48,044 nucleotides of DNA from Sphingobium sp. (GTDB lineage: Bacteria > Pseudomonadota > Alphaproteobacteria > Sphingomonadales > Sphingomonadaceae). The DNA is taken from contig JBFXHW010000001.1 of the NCBI GenBank assembly GCA_050176605.1, positions 1-48,044 on the forward strand. Reading direction: 5' to 3'. A program made the translations under genes and the position numbers. The notes under the pieces were generated by a model. That model had not been told where the DNA came from and did no database searches. It was given only the letters and a program-made list of their open reading frames with translations. Positions 27,061 to 39,861 of this stretch are shown piece after piece (positions within the stretch are counted from its first letter, which is position 1; every line of letters starts with the position of its first letter).

Positions 27061-28386
27061 ATGAGCAGTTCCTCTCCGGGAGCCGGCCAAGCCAGCGAGC
27101 CCCGATCCGATCATCCGCTGAGATATCGCAACTACCGGATGTACCTGATTGGCCGGTTGTCCAATGGCTTTGCCGTCAACGGCATGACGCTGGTTATCGG
27201 GTGGCAGGTCTATACCATAGCCCGCCAGACGATGGAGACGAAGGCCGCCGCCGCCCAGCTTGGCATGATCGGCCTCGTCCAGTTCCTGCCGATGCTGCTG
27301 CTGACGCCGGTGGCGGGACTGATCGCGGACCATTTCGATCGCCGCCGCATCGCCCAGTCGACATCGCTGCTGCTGTGTCTCTGTTCCGCCGCGCTGGCGC
27401 TCGCGACCTTCGAAGGCTGGATCTCGCTGCCCATATTGTTCGCCCTGTCGTCCTTCCTTGGCGTCGCCCGGGCGTTCAACGGCCCCGCCTATAACTCGCT
27501 GGCGCCCAATCTCGTGCCCATCAACATCCTGCCCCGCGCGGTCGCGATATCGAGTACGACATGGCAGAGTGCGATCATCATCGGCCCGGCGCTTGGTGGT
27601 TATCTCTATGCGATCAAGGACTGGGCCGCCTATGCCGCGGCGACGCTGCTGTTCACGATAGGCATCACCGCCTTTTCGTTCATCGGCAAGGTGCCTCAGC
27701 CGCCGCGCGACACCACCCGGCATCCGATCCGGCAGATGGTCGATGGCCTCGCTTATGTTAAGCGGAACCGACTGGTGCAGGGCGCAATCACGCTCGATCT
27801 GTTCGCCGTGCTGCTGGGCGGGGCGACGGCGTTGCTGCCGGTCTATGCGCGTGACATATTGCATGGCGGCCCGACCGGGCTCGGCCATCTCGCCGCTTCG
27901 CCCGCGATCGGCGCGGCCGCCACCGGCCTCTGGTTTTCCTTCCACCCGCTGAAGACCGAGGTGGGCGTCAAGATACTGTTCGCGGTCGTCGTCTTCGGCA
28001 TCGCAACCATCGTTTTCGGCGCGACCGCCTTCATGCCTTCATCCATCGCCATGCCGGTGGCAATGGGCGCGATGGTGCTGTGGGGCAGCGCGGACATGTT
28101 CTCCGTGTTCGTGCGCCAGACCCTGGTTCAGGTCTATACGCCCGATTCGATGCGCGGGCGGGTCAGCAGCGTGTCGCAACTGTCGATTTCCGCGTCGAAT
28201 CAGCTCGGCGAGGCCGAATCGGGCTTTCTCGCCGCGCTGATCGGCCCGGTTGCCTGTGTCATTTTCGGTGGCGCGGGTGCTATAATCGTCACATTGATCT
28301 GGTCTAGGCTCTATCCCGAGCTTAGACTTGCGCGGACATTCGATCCCCCCGGCAGCGTGGCCGAACCGGTTCAGAAGGAGAGCTGA
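27061..28386 (+). CDS. MFS transporter (EntS-like)
   Basis: About 12 hydrophobic segments; [12 protein letters not shown] motif [28 protein letters not shown]. Confidence 0.88.
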   Translation: MSSSSPGAGQASEPRSDHPLRYRNYRMYLIGRLSNGFAVNGMTLVIGWQVYTIARQTMETKAAAAQLGMIGLVQFLPMLLLTPVAGLIADHFDRRRIAQSTSLLLCLCSAALALATFEGWISLPILFALSSFLGVARAFNGPAYNSLAPNLVPINILPRAVAISSTTWQSAIIIGPALGGYLYAIKDWAAYAAATLLFTIGITAFSFIGKVPQPPRDTTRHPIRQMVDGLAYVKRNRLVQGAITLDLFAVLLGGATALLPVYARDILHGGPTGLGHLAASPAIGAAATGLWFSFHPLKTEVGVKILFAVVVFGIATIVFGATAFMPSSIAMPVAMGAMVLWGSADMFSVFVRQTLVQVYTPDSMRGRVSSVSQLSISASNQLGEAESGFLAALIGPVACVIFGGAGAIIVTLIWSRLYPELRLARTFDPPGSVAEPVQKES

Positions 28387-28388
28387 AG

Positions 28389-29306
28389 ATGATCGCAGGG
28401 TCCATTTTGGAAACCATCGGCGGCACGCCGCACATCCGCGTCAATCGCCTGTTTGGCAACGCCAATGTCTGGATAAAGTCGGAACGCGCGAATCCAGGCG
28501 GGTCGATCAAGGACAGGATTGCCCTCGCGATGATCGAGGCGGCCGAAAAATCGGGCGAACTCACGCCCGGTGGCACGATCATAGAGCCTACTTCGGGCAA
28601 TACCGGCGTCGGCCTCGCTATGGTCGCGGCGGTGAAAGGGTACAAGCTGATCCTCGTCATGCCCGAAAGCATGTCGATCGAGCGTCGTCGCCTGATGCTT
28701 GCCTATGGGGCGAGCTTCGACCTGACGCCCCGCGAAAAGGGCATGAAGGGCGCGATCGAGCGCGCGCTGGAGCTGATCGACCAGACCCCGAATTCCTGGA
28801 TGCCGCAACAGTTCGAGAACCCGGCCAATATCGACGTGCACATGCGCACCACGGCGCAGGAGATTCTCACCGATTTCGCCGATCAACCGATCGATGCGCT
28901 CATCACCGGCGTCGGCACCGGCGGACACCTGACCGGTACGGCGCAGGTGCTGAAGGAAGCCTGGCCTAACCTGAAGGTCTATGCGGTCGAACCGACCCTT
29001 TCGCCCGTCATCAGCGGCGGCGCGCCCGGCCCGCACCCGATTCAGGGCATCGGCGCCGGTTTCATTCCGGCCAATCTGCACACGAAGCTGCTGGACGGAG
29101 CCATCCAGGTCGATCCGGCCGACGCCAAGGAAATGGCGCGACGCGCCGCGCGGGAGGAAGGGATGCTGGTCGGCATATCTTCGGGCGCGACGCTTGCCGC
29201 CATCGCGCAAAAGCTGCCCGATCTCGCTCCGGGATCGCGCGTGCTCGGCTTCAACTACGACACCGGGGAACGCTATCTCTCGGTGCCGGACTTCCTGCCC
29301 GAATAG
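28389..29306 (+). CDS. cysK: Cysteine synthase A
   Basis: [12 protein letters not shown] lysine, [30 protein letters not shown]. Confidence 0.97.
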   Translation: MIAGSILETIGGTPHIRVNRLFGNANVWIKSERANPGGSIKDRIALAMIEAAEKSGELTPGGTIIEPTSGNTGVGLAMVAAVKGYKLILVMPESMSIERRRLMLAYGASFDLTPREKGMKGAIERALELIDQTPNSWMPQQFENPANIDVHMRTTAQEILTDFADQPIDALITGVGTGGHLTGTAQVLKEAWPNLKVYAVEPTLSPVISGGAPGPHPIQGIGAGFIPANLHTKLLDGAIQVDPADAKEMARRAAREEGMLVGISSGATLAAIAQKLPDLAPGSRVLGFNYDTGERYLSVPDFLPE

Positions 29307-29315
29307 GCGAAAGCC

Positions 29316-30572
29316 ATGGCCGTCGAGGCCGAAAGACGCCAGACTCTGCTGATGGCCGTGGCGGCGCTGCTGCTCGTGGCGCTGCCTGTGGCGGGGACGG
29401 GACTCGCACGGCTGGGTCTTCCGCCGGCAGGACCGGCGCAACAGATTGCCACCGCCATTCGACCACCGGCGAGCACGCCTCCGCCAAAGGTCGAACCGGT
29501 TAAGGTTCTGGAACTCGCGCCGGACGACGCGCGCAAGCTCAATGCCGCCGTGCCCTTTTCGACCGCGCCCAATCCGGCCGCCCGACCCTTCCTGTTTTCC
29601 GGGAGCAATGCCGAGCGGGATCGCGCAATAGACTGCCTCGCCGCCGCGCAATATTATGAGGCTGGCGACGATCCGGTAGGACAGAAGGCGGTAGCTCAGG
29701 TGGTACTGAACCGGGTGCGCCATCCCGCCTTTCCCAAATCGGTATGCGCGGTCGTGTTCGAGGGGGCGGAACGAAAGAGCGGCTGCCAGTTCACCTTCAC
29801 CTGCGACGGGGCAATGGCGCGAACGCCGCCCGACGCTGCCTGGACACGCGCCCGTGTGCTGGCCCGGCGGATGCTGGCCGGGCTTGTCGACCGCAAGGTC
29901 GGATATGCCACCCATTATCATACCGACTGGGTCGTCCCCTATTGGAGCGCCAGCCTCGACAAGATCACCGAAGTCCACACCCATCTCTTCTTCCGCTGGT
30001 CCGGCTGGTGGGGAACACCGGGCGCCTTCCTGCGGTCGGTCAGCACGACCGAGCCGCAGATCGCGTTGCTTTCCCGCCTTTCGCCATCCCATGAAGCGCC
30101 CGCCGGGCTATCGCCGGATGGTCTCACGGCGCCGCAGATGACGCAGGATGCGGCGCAGATGGCCGCAGGCCGCATTCAACTGGAAGGCCCAACCCTGCCC
30201 GGCGGGGTAAAACTGGTGGCGACGTCGCCGGAAAAGGATTCCTTTATCGTCTCCATGCCCCGGGCGATGGCGACGGGCGACTATCTCGCTTTCACCCGCA
30301 ACATCTGTTCCGGCCGCCAGCGCTGCCGGATCATGGGCTGGCGCTCGGATACCTCGCCGCCCGGCGCTTTCCCGATACCGGACAGGGCGCTATCCTCCAT
30401 GCTGTTCAGCTATATCCACGACGCGCCGAGCGGATTGCAACGGCTGCTGTGGAACTGCCGCCGCATTCCGCAGGACGACCCCCGCAACTGCATGCGCGAG
30501 CGCGTGCCGCTGGGACAGCTCATTCCCTCCGCCAGCGGTCCATCAGCCCCGAAAGCCGCGCCCGCTCCATGA
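29316..30572 (+). CDS. SleB/Hydrolase_2-family cell wall hydrolase with an extra C-terminal domain
   Basis: [55 protein letters not shown]; N-terminal hydrophobic segment. Confidence 0.9.
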   Translation: MAVEAERRQTLLMAVAALLLVALPVAGTGLARLGLPPAGPAQQIATAIRPPASTPPPKVEPVKVLELAPDDARKLNAAVPFSTAPNPAARPFLFSGSNAERDRAIDCLAAAQYYEAGDDPVGQKAVAQVVLNRVRHPAFPKSVCAVVFEGAERKSGCQFTFTCDGAMARTPPDAAWTRARVLARRMLAGLVDRKVGYATHYHTDWVVPYWSASLDKITEVHTHLFFRWSGWWGTPGAFLRSVSTTEPQIALLSRLSPSHEAPAGLSPDGLTAPQMTQDAAQMAAGRIQLEGPTLPGGVKLVATSPEKDSFIVSMPRAMATGDYLAFTRNICSGRQRCRIMGWRSDTSPPGAFPIPDRALSSMLFSYIHDAPSGLQRLLWNCRRIPQDDPRNCMRERVPLGQLIPSASGPSAPKAAPAP

Positions 30573-31948
30573 CCGTCAGCCTCTTTGACCTTTTCAAGAT
30601 CGGCGTCGGGCCCTCCAGTTCCCACACCGTCGGCCCGATGCTTGCCGCCTTCCGCTTTCGCGAAAGACTGGCCGAGGACCGCCATCTCGACAGCATCGCG
30701 CGCCTGCAGGTGGACCTTTATGGATCGCTGGCCCTCACGGGAAAGGGCCACGCCACCGACCGCGCGATCCTGCTTGGGCTTGCCGGATGCCATCCCGCGA
30801 CCCTCTGCCCCGATGAGGCGGATGCGCTGGTCGGGCGGATACGGTCGTCGGGCCGAATGCCGATCGGCAGATCGTGCGAGATCGCGTTCGACGAGGAGAG
30901 CGATCTGCTCTTTCACCAGCGCGACCGCCTCCCCTTCCATTCCAACGGCATGCGCTTTGCGGCCTTCGACGCGGGCGGAGGGGAACTGGCCATATGGACC
31001 GCCTATTCCATCGGCGGCGGCGCGATCGTCGACGAGGCCGATATCGCCGGAAATGCGCCACCTGCCCTGCTCGCCGACATTCCCTACCCGTTCCGGTCGG
31101 GGCACGAACTGCTCGAACGCGCCGAAACGGCTGGGCTGTCGCTCGCCGAGCTCGCGCTCGCCAACGAATGCGCTGGCCGCAGCGAACCGGAGGTACGCGA
31201 AGGCATAGCGGAGATCATCGGCGCGATGACCGCCTGCATCGAGCGCGGGATCGCCAGCGAGGGAACGCTGCCCGGCGGCCTCAACGTCCGGCGGCGCGCT
31301 CCCGCGCTGCATCACCGCCTGACCAGCCGGGCCGAATGCTCGCTCGCCGACCCGCTCTCCGTCATCGACTGGGTCAATCTGTGGGCGCTCGCGGTCAACG
31401 AGGAAAACGCGTCGGGCGGCCGGGTCGTAACCGCCCCGACCAATGGCGCGGCCGGTATCGTGCCCGCCGTGCTGCGCTATTATCAGCGCTGCGTTCCCGG
31501 CGCGACCGACGAGGGCGCAACCCGCTTCCTGCTCGTCGCGGGCCTGATCGGTTCGCTGTTCAAGGAGAATGCCTCGATCTCCGGCGCAGAAGTCGGGTGT
31601 CAGGGTGAGGTGGGCGTCGCCTGCTCGATGGCGGCGGCGGGCCTCTCGGCCGTGCTGGGCGGAACCAACGCGCAGATCGAGAATGCCGCGGAGATCGGCA
31701 TGGAGCATAATCTCGGGCTCACCTGCGATCCTGTCGGGGGTCTGGTGCAGGTGCCCTGCATAGAACGCAACGCGGTCGGCGCGATCAAGGCCATAGAGGC
31801 CGCGCGCCTTGCCCTGATCGGCGACGGCACGCACCGCGTCAGCCTCGATCAGGTGATCGAGACAATGCGCCGTACGGGGGCGGACATGAGCGAACGCTAC
31901 AAGGAAACGTCGCTGGGCGGCCTCGCCGTCAACGTCGTCGAGTGCTGA
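30569..31948 (+). CDS. sdaA: Fe-S-dependent L-serine ammonia-lyase
   Basis: [55 protein letters not shown]. Confidence 0.96.
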   Translation: MTVSLFDLFKIGVGPSSSHTVGPMLAAFRFRERLAEDRHLDSIARLQVDLYGSLALTGKGHATDRAILLGLAGCHPATLCPDEADALVGRIRSSGRMPIGRSCEIAFDEESDLLFHQRDRLPFHSNGMRFAAFDAGGGELAIWTAYSIGGGAIVDEADIAGNAPPALLADIPYPFRSGHELLERAETAGLSLAELALANECAGRSEPEVREGIAEIIGAMTACIERGIASEGTLPGGLNVRRRAPALHHRLTSRAECSLADPLSVIDWVNLWALAVNEENASGGRVVTAPTNGAAGIVPAVLRYYQRCVPGATDEGATRFLLVAGLIGSLFKENASISGAEVGCQGEVGVACSMAAAGLSAVLGGTNAQIENAAEIGMEHNLGLTCDPVGGLVQVPCIERNAVGAIKAIEAARLALIGDGTHRVSLDQVIETMRRTGADMSERYKETSLGGLAVNVVEC

Positions 31949-31960
31949 AGAGCCAGACTC

Positions 31961-33763
31961 TCACCGATCCGCGAACATCTCCGGAGGCAGGGCCATCATC
32001 GCCTCCGCGCCGCCCTCCATCTTGCGACGCAGGGCACCCGCGTCCGGCATGATGCGTTCGGCATAGAAGCGTGCCGTCACCAGCTTCGCCTCCAGCCAAG
32101 CCTTGTCCCCGTCGCCTGCGTCGATGCGCACGACCGCAGCGGACGCCATGCGCAGCCACATCAGGCCGACCGAGACGATGCCCATGATGTGCATGTAATG
32201 ATAGGCGCCCGCTCCGGCGTTGTTCGGGTTGGTCATGCCGTTCTGCATCAGCCACATGGTCGCAGCCTGAAGCTGGCCGTTCGCCTTTTCCAGCGCCTCG
32301 GCGAACGCCGCAAGCCGGGGTTCGGCCTTCGCGGCGGCCACTTCCTCGCCGACGATCTTCAGGAACAGCTGCAGCGCGCGGCCACCGTTCTGCGCCAGCT
32401 TGCGCCCGACCAGATCCATCGCCTGCACACCGTTCGCGCCCTCGTAGATCTGGGCGATCCGCGCGTCGCGCACATATTGCTCCATCCCCCATTCGCGGAT
32501 GTAGCCATGGCCGCCATAGACCTGCTGGCAGTTGACGGCGATCTCGAACCCCTTGTCGGTGCCATAGCCCTTGATGACCGGGGTCAGCAGCGAGATAAGG
32601 TCGTCAGCAGCCTGCCGCTCCTCCTCGGTCTGCGCGAAATGGGTAAGGTCGACCTGCAGGCCGCCCCATAGCACCAGCGCGCGCAACCCTTCGGTCAGCG
32701 CCTTGGCCTCCATCAGCATGCGGCGCACATCGGGATGGACGAACAGCGTGTCGGCCTTTTCCTCCGGGTCGGCCGGGCCGGTCAGAGCGCGGCCCTGCCG
32801 CCGGTCCTGCGCATATTGCACAGCGTTCTGATAGGCGATCTCGGCCTGGCCAAGGCCCTGCAGCCCGACACCCAGGCGCGCATCGTTCATCATGATGAAC
32901 ATGGCGGCGAGACCCTTGTTCTCCTCGCCGACCATCCATCCGGTGGCGCCGTCATAGTTCATCACGCAGGTCGCGTTGCCGTGAATACCCATCTTGTGCT
33001 CGAGTGACCCGCAGGAGACCGCGTTGCGTGCGCCCAGCGATCCGTCATCGTTCACCATGAATTTCGGCACGACGAACAGCGAAATGCCCTTGCTGCCTTC
33101 CGGTGCGTCCGGTGTCTTTGCCAGCACCAGATGGATGATGTTCTCCGAAAGATCGTGCTCCCCCGCCGAAATGAAGATCTTCGTGCCGGTGATCGCATAG
33201 CTGCCATCGGCACTGGGAACGGCCTTGGTCTTGATAAGGCCGAGGTCGGTGCCGCAATGCGGCTCGGTCAGGTTCATCGTGCCGGTCCAGACGCCCGTCA
33301 CCATGTTGGGGATATATTTGGTCTTCTGCTCCTCGCTGCCCTTGGCGATCAGCGCGTTGATCGCACCGGAGGAGAGGCCGTGATACATCTCGAAACTGTG
33401 GTTCGCCGAACACATGAACTCGCCGAACGCCGTGGCGACGACCGACGGCATGCCCTGCCCGCCATATTCGGTCGGCGCGTGCAGTGTTGACCAGCCCGCT
33501 TCGGTGAACTGCTTATAGGCGTCCTTGAAACCGGTCGGCGTGGTCACGCTGCCATCGTCATGACGGGTGCAGCCTTCCAGATCGCCTGTCTGGTTGAGCG
33601 GGAACGCTACCTCGGAGGCGAACTTTCCGCCCTCCTCCAGCACGGCCGCGACAATATCGGCCGAAGCCGCCTCGAAACCGGGCAGGTTGGAATAATTGTC
33701 GAGCTGCAAGACTGCATCGAGCACGAAGCGCGCATCCTTCACAGGAGCATTGTAGATCGGCAT
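31961..33763 (-). CDS. Acyl-CoA dehydrogenase (600 aa, extended C-terminal domain)
   Basis: GTMNLTEPHCGTDLG, GTKIFISAG, EHKMGIHGNATC, GGHGYIRE, IYEGANGVQA. Confidence 0.95.
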   Translation of the reverse strand: MPIYNAPVKDARFVLDAVLQLDNYSNLPGFEAASADIVAAVLEEGGKFASEVAFPLNQTGDLEGCTRHDDGSVTTPTGFKDAYKQFTEAGWSTLHAPTEYGGQGMPSVVATAFGEFMCSANHSFEMYHGLSSGAINALIAKGSEEQKTKYIPNMVTGVWTGTMNLTEPHCGTDLGLIKTKAVPSADGSYAITGTKIFISAGEHDLSENIIHLVLAKTPDAPEGSKGISLFVVPKFMVNDDGSLGARNAVSCGSLEHKMGIHGNATCVMNYDGATGWMVGEENKGLAAMFIMMNDARLGVGLQGLGQAEIAYQNAVQYAQDRRQGRALTGPADPEEKADTLFVHPDVRRMLMEAKALTEGLRALVLWGGLQVDLTHFAQTEEERQAADDLISLLTPVIKGYGTDKGFEIAVNCQQVYGGHGYIREWGMEQYVRDARIAQIYEGANGVQAMDLVGRKLAQNGGRALQLFLKIVGEEVAAAKAEPRLAAFAEALEKANGQLQAATMWLMQNGMTNPNNAGAGAYHYMHIMGIVSVGLMWLRMASAAVVRIDAGDGDKAWLEAKLVTARFYAERIMPDAGALRRKMEGGAEAMMALPPEMFADR

Positions 33764-33783
33764 GGCCTTCTCCTTGGTCCGCC

Positions 33784-34221
33784 CTAATTCTTCCGCTTGT
33801 CGAGCCTGGCGGCGGCCTCGACCAGTGCGACGAAGGCGGACAGTTCCTCGATCGCGCCTTCTATATCCTCCCGCTGGCGTTCCAGCAGGCCAATGCGCTC
33901 GCGGCATTTCCGCAGCGTGATCTCGCGCTGGGTCACGCGCCCGTCGTCGAGATCGTAGAGATCGATCATTTCGCGAATGTCGGCAAGGCTGAAACCCACC
34001 CGCTTTGCGCGCAATATCCAGGCGAGGCGCGCGCGGTCGCGGCGACCATAAATTCGTGCGGCGCCCTTGCGCTGAGGCGAGAGCAGCCCCTCATCCTCGT
34101 AGAAACGGAGCGCGCGCGGCGTCACCTCGAACTCGGCGGCAAGGTCGGAAATCGAATAGTTTTCCTGCTTGCGCTCGTCGGGCAGGTCCACCCATCCCGG
34201 GCTTGTGATCATCTTGTTCAT
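33784..34221 (-). CDS. liuR: MerR-family regulator, LiuR type
   Basis: YSISDLAAEFEVTPRALRFYEDEGLLSP helix-turn-helix, RAKRVGFSLADIREMIDLY; precedes the acyl-CoA dehydrogenase and has a LiuR-like operator upstream. Start may be 34212. Confidence 0.8.
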   Translation of the reverse strand: MNKMITSPGWVDLPDERKQENYSISDLAAEFEVTPRALRFYEDEGLLSPQRKGAARIYGRRDRARLAWILRAKRVGFSLADIREMIDLYDLDDGRVTQREITLRKCRERIGLLERQREDIEGAIEELSAFVALVEAAARLDKRKN

Positions 34222-34230
34222 CGAACGCCT

Positions 34231-34259
34231 GTATAGTTGACGTTTACGTTTACGTCAAC
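34231..34259 (-). promoter_or_regulatory. Sigma70 promoter overlapped by a LiuR-type operator
   Basis: Plus strand GTTGACGTTTACGTTTACGTCAAC (8-bp inverted arms, three ACGT cores); minus strand reads GTTGAC-N17-CTATAC. Confidence 0.8.
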
Positions 34260-34803
34260 CCTTGCGCGGACACATCAACCGGCCTTCCGCGGAGCGCGCG
34301 TCGCGGGCCACGTTCTCGTCCCGCGCCACGCGCGGGATCGATACACCCTCCAGCGATCCGCGCTTGCTGCAAAGCGACTGGCATTCCACGTCCATCACGC
34401 CGGGAAAGGATATCCGGTCGCCCTCATAGCGCACCACGGCAAGGCAGGCGGAGCGCGCGAAATTGAGGATCAGCTTGTCGCCGGAAAGGCGCGCGGTGCC
34501 ATGGCCATTGCAATCGATGCCTTCGCCGAAGGCGGCCTCCATCGCGAAATCCATCTTGCCGTCCTTGCCAGGAACGATGCACAGGCTGTCGCGCCCGGCC
34601 TCATGGCTGTTGCGATAGAGCCCGACCGGGGAGAGCGATCCGGCATCGGCGACGACACCCGCATCGACGGCTGCTTGCTCCAGCGACGAACCGGCACCAG
34701 GCGCAGCCCCGTTTCCGGGCGTACCAGAGACTTCCGGCGATGGCTGGTCACATCCCGCGATCAGGATCAATGCCGCGAAAGCCGCGAAACGCGCGCTAGT
34801 CAT
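34255..34803 (-). CDS. Hypothetical lipoprotein
   Basis: Lipobox IAGC and six further Cys; start overlaps the hisI stop. Confidence 0.75.
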   Translation of the reverse strand: MTSARFAAFAALILIAGCDQPSPEVSGTPGNGAAPGAGSSLEQAAVDAGVVADAGSLSPVGLYRNSHEAGRDSLCIVPGKDGKMDFAMEAAFGEGIDCNGHGTARLSGDKLILNFARSACLAVVRYEGDRISFPGVMDVECQSLCSKRGSLEGVSIPRVARDENVARDARSAEGRLMCPRKG

Positions 34804-35161
34804 CGATCCTTTCCAGCCCGGCTTCGCCGATCCGGCGATAGAAACAGCTTGTTTCGCCGGTATGGCAGGCCGGGCCAGCCGGCCGCGCGACGAGCCAGAC
34901 CGCGTCCTGATCGCAATCGATGCGCATTTCGACGACAGAGAGGACATGGCCGGAGGTTTCCCCCTTCTTCCACAGCCGCCCCCTGCTGCGGGACCAGAAA
35001 TGCGCCTCTCCCGTCTCCCGCGTCATGGCCAGCGCCTCGGCATTCATATGCGCCAGCATCAGCACCGCGCCGGTTCCGACATCGGTAACGACCGCCGTGA
35101 TCAGGCCGTTGGCATCATATTTCGGGTCGAGCCTCAGGCCCGTCTCGCGTTCGTCGCTCAT
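34796..35161 (-). CDS. hisI: Phosphoribosyl-AMP cyclohydrolase
   Basis: [35 protein letters not shown]. Confidence 0.96.
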   Translation of the reverse strand: MSDERETGLRLDPKYDANGLITAVVTDVGTGAVLMLAHMNAEALAMTRETGEAHFWSRSRGRLWKKGETSGHVLSVVEMRIDCDQDAVWLVARPAGPACHTGETSCFYRRIGEAGLERIDD

Positions 35162-35170
35162 GCTCCGCTC

Positions 35171-36373
35171 TTAGGAGCGACGGAAGATCGCGGCAAGCTC
35201 GACATGGGTGGACCAGCGGAACTGTCCGACCGGCTGAACGCGCTCCAGCCGATAGCCGCCTTCGACCAGCGTCTTCGCGTCGCGCGCGAAGCTCGACGGA
35301 TTGCAGGAGACATAGGCGATCGTCGCGACCGCGCTTTCCGCTAGCTGCATCACCTGTTCCCGCGCGCCCGCGCGCGGCGGATCGAGCAGGATGGCATCGA
35401 ACCGCCCGGCTTCCTCCACCGTCAGCGGGCGACGGAAGAGGTCGCGATGATCGACCGCGACCTGCCGCTGCGCCCGGTTCGCGGCGGTCTTCAGCGCCAT
35501 CACCATGTCGCGCGCCGCCTCGGCCGCATAGACTCGCCTGCCCTCGCCCAACGCCAGCGCGAAGGTACCGAGACCAGCGAACAGATCGGCCCAGACCGAC
35601 GCACCTTCGAGAGCGGGCCTCACAGCCTCGATCAACGCGGCCTCGCCGTCGGCCGTCGCCTGCAAAAAGGCGTAAGGCGGCACCGCGACCGGCAACCTCC
35701 CGAGGCTGATCGTCACGGGCTCGGGCTCATATCGCGTCTGCGGCCCATAGCCATCGTCGATCGACAGCCGCGCCAGCCCATGCGCGGATGCAAATTCCGT
35801 CAGCCTTTCGGCGGCCTCAAGCCCTTCGGCCTCAACCCCTTCGATCAACAGGTCGACGCCTTGATCCGTCAGCGTCATCTTGGCCTGCGCCGCGCGGCGA
35901 TCGCCCACCATCGGCCCGAGCAGACCGCGCAGGGGATCGGTCAGCGCGAACAGCGCGGGATGCACTATCTCGCACATCTCCATGTCGACGATGCGGTGGC
36001 TGTTGCCGCTCGAAAATCCGAGGACGATCTTCCGGCCGAACCGCGCAATGCGCAGCGCGGCCCGCCTGCGGCTGCGCGGCGGCGAAACATGGGCCGGGAA
36101 CACCTCCCCGGCCTCCACGTCCTGCCCGGCGAGCGCGCCCGCCACCCGGTCGCGCACATAGGCGGCGAGGCTCTCCTCATCGAGATGCTGGAGCTGACAG
36201 CCACCGCACAGCGGATAGTGGCGGCAAACCGGATCGGCATGATGGGGGCCGTGCTGCAGACCGCCGCCGTCCATCAGCCGGTCGCCCGGCGCGCTCATCG
36301 GCACATGGCGCCCGTCTCCGGTGACCCCGTCGCCTTTTGCGGCGATCCGGACGATCGTCGCCGGATCGCTCAA
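35171..36373 (-). CDS. RlmD/TrmA-family RNA m5U methyltransferase
   Basis: CRHYPLCGGCQLQH Fe-S motif, AFLQA, DLFAGLGTF, LDPPRAG, YVSCNP; TTG start overlapping the nnr stop. Confidence 0.9.
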   Translation of the reverse strand: MSDPATIVRIAAKGDGVTGDGRHVPMSAPGDRLMDGGGLQHGPHHADPVCRHYPLCGGCQLQHLDEESLAAYVRDRVAGALAGQDVEAGEVFPAHVSPPRSRRRAALRIARFGRKIVLGFSSGNSHRIVDMEMCEIVHPALFALTDPLRGLLGPMVGDRRAAQAKMTLTDQGVDLLIEGVEAEGLEAAERLTEFASAHGLARLSIDDGYGPQTRYEPEPVTISLGRLPVAVPPYAFLQATADGEAALIEAVRPALEGASVWADLFAGLGTFALALGEGRRVYAAEAARDMVMALKTAANRAQRQVAVDHRDLFRRPLTVEEAGRFDAILLDPPRAGAREQVMQLAESAVATIAYVSCNPSSFARDAKTLVEGGYRLERVQPVGQFRWSTHVELAAIFRRS

Positions 36374-37767
36374 AGGCAGCGGCCCAGCACGCCCGGCAGA
36401 TGCGGCAGCAGATCGTCCGCGATGAAGCCCGGCCCGGCCATGCGCGCCGCCTCGCGATGCAGCCACACCGCCTCGCACGCCGCTCCATAGGGGTCGCCCG
36501 TCACGGCGAGCCGCGCCGCGCATATTCCGGCCAGCACATCGCCCGTCCCTGCGGTCGAGAGCCAGGAACTCGCCCGGTCCGAAACACACGCCCTTCCATC
36601 CGGCGCGGCGACAACGGTCGTCGGCCCCTTCAGCACCACGACCGCGCCCGATCCCTTTGCGGCGGACAGCGCCTGCTCGATCACTGTCCCGGCGATGTCG
36701 AGTCCCTTGAGATTGGCGAAAAGCTGAGCGAATTCGCCCGCATGCGGCGTCAGTATCGCCTTGTCCGGCAGGGCCGCCAGAGCGCCATGCGACAGATGCC
36801 AGAGCGCATCGGCATCGAGAACGGCGGGGTGGCGATGCACCAGCACCTGCCCCAGCCGTTCCGCCGCCGCATCGGACCGCCCGAGGCCCGGCCCGACCAG
36901 CAGCGCATCGATCCGCTTGTCGGCAAGCTCCGTCTCGTCCTTCAGCGATCCGCGAACGATGGCATGCGATGTATCGACGATCGCCTGCGCGCCGAGCAGC
37001 TTCACATAGCCCGCACCGGAGCGCGCAGCGGCCTCCGCACCGAGCGCCGACGCGCCCGCCATTTCACCGGCGACCGCTGCGACCAGCCCGCGCGTATATT
37101 TGTGCGCTCCGTCGTCCGGCGCCGACAGGAACGGACGCGCGATGCGCCTGACCGCCGCACCCGGCGCATCGATGCCAATGTCGCAGCAAACCATCCGGTC
37201 CCAGCAGGTCGCAGCCGGACGCAGCATATGGGCGCGTTTCCAGGCACCGAGCGATATGCAGATATCGAAATGCGGCACCGGCGACAGCAATGCGCCGTCG
37301 TCGGTGGAGATCCCGCTCGGCAGGTCGACCGCATAGCTGTGCCCCGCCGCCTCGACCAGGTCCGCCAGCCGCGATGCAACGCTCAGCTCCAGCCCGCGCG
37401 ACAGGCCGGTGCCGAACAGTGCATCGACCACCTGATGCGCGGGCGTTGCGGTCATCAGGTCCTCGACCGGGCCGTCCCAGTCGGCGCGTGCCTGTTTCGC
37501 GCTTTCTGTCACCGGCTCGGCCAGCGCCGCCACCCGCACCGGTACGCCATGCTCGCGCAAAGCGCGCGCGATCACATACCCGTCGCCGCCATTGTTGCCC
37601 GGCCCGCACAGGATCAGCGTGTCGCGATGCGCACCCGTGCGCCAGATGATCTCCGCCGCCGCACGGCCCGCGCGCACCATCACATCATATTCCGGCACGC
37701 CGCTCGCAAAGAGGGCCTGTTCGGCGGCACGCATCTCCGCGGCATCAAGGATGGGCTCCGCCATCAT
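36370..37767 (-). CDS. nnr: Bifunctional NAD(P)HX epimerase/dehydratase
   Basis: CGPGNNGGDG, DALFGTGL, DLPSG, GPGLG, DADAL, TPHAGEF, TAGTGDVLAG. Confidence 0.95.
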   Translation of the reverse strand: MMAEPILDAAEMRAAEQALFASGVPEYDVMVRAGRAAAEIIWRTGAHRDTLILCGPGNNGGDGYVIARALREHGVPVRVAALAEPVTESAKQARADWDGPVEDLMTATPAHQVVDALFGTGLSRGLELSVASRLADLVEAAGHSYAVDLPSGISTDDGALLSPVPHFDICISLGAWKRAHMLRPAATCWDRMVCCDIGIDAPGAAVRRIARPFLSAPDDGAHKYTRGLVAAVAGEMAGASALGAEAAARSGAGYVKLLGAQAIVDTSHAIVRGSLKDETELADKRIDALLVGPGLGRSDAAAERLGQVLVHRHPAVLDADALWHLSHGALAALPDKAILTPHAGEFAQLFANLKGLDIAGTVIEQALSAAKGSGAVVVLKGPTTVVAAPDGRACVSDRASSWLSTAGTGDVLAGICAARLAVTGDPYGAACEAVWLHREAARMAGPGFIADDLLPHLPGVLGRCL

Positions 37768-38091
37768 TTCACCCGTTCCTCGCCCAGCCGATAGACATCG
37801 CCTCCGACCGTGATCCGCCACGCACCGTCCTGATCCCGCGTCAGAACGACCTTCTCGGCGCCGTCCGTCGTCGCCGTGGACATGTCGCCACGGCTTAGCC
37901 GGAACCGGCGAAACCCGCCATCGGGATGATGCAGGATGAATCCGTCAAAGCCGTCCTCCTCCATCGTGCAGTCGCGGGCGAAGTCGGGCATTCCCCCGAC
38001 CCGGCAATCGACCGGGCGGCCAGGAAGCTTCGGGTCCGCCGCACCGGAACAGGCGGAGAGCATTACCATGCCCGCCGCCAGCGCCAGAGGA

Positions 38092-38105
<14 letters not shown>
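37764..38105 (-). CDS. Hypothetical small lipoprotein
   Basis: Lipobox LSAC, two further Cys and HPDGGFRRF; overlaps both ilvD and nnr, consistent with an operon gene. Confidence 0.7.
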
Positions 38106-39813
<1,708 letters not shown>

Positions 39814-39861
39814 GAAAAGAGGCCCTTGTTGCTGCGGGAGCCTCTATTCTCTCGCGGGGCC

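Noticed and set aside
39814-39861. Attenuator upstream of ilvD
   Set aside because: Only 48 nt, with a short AGGCCC/GGGCCT pairing and no Ile/Leu/Val-rich leader ORF.
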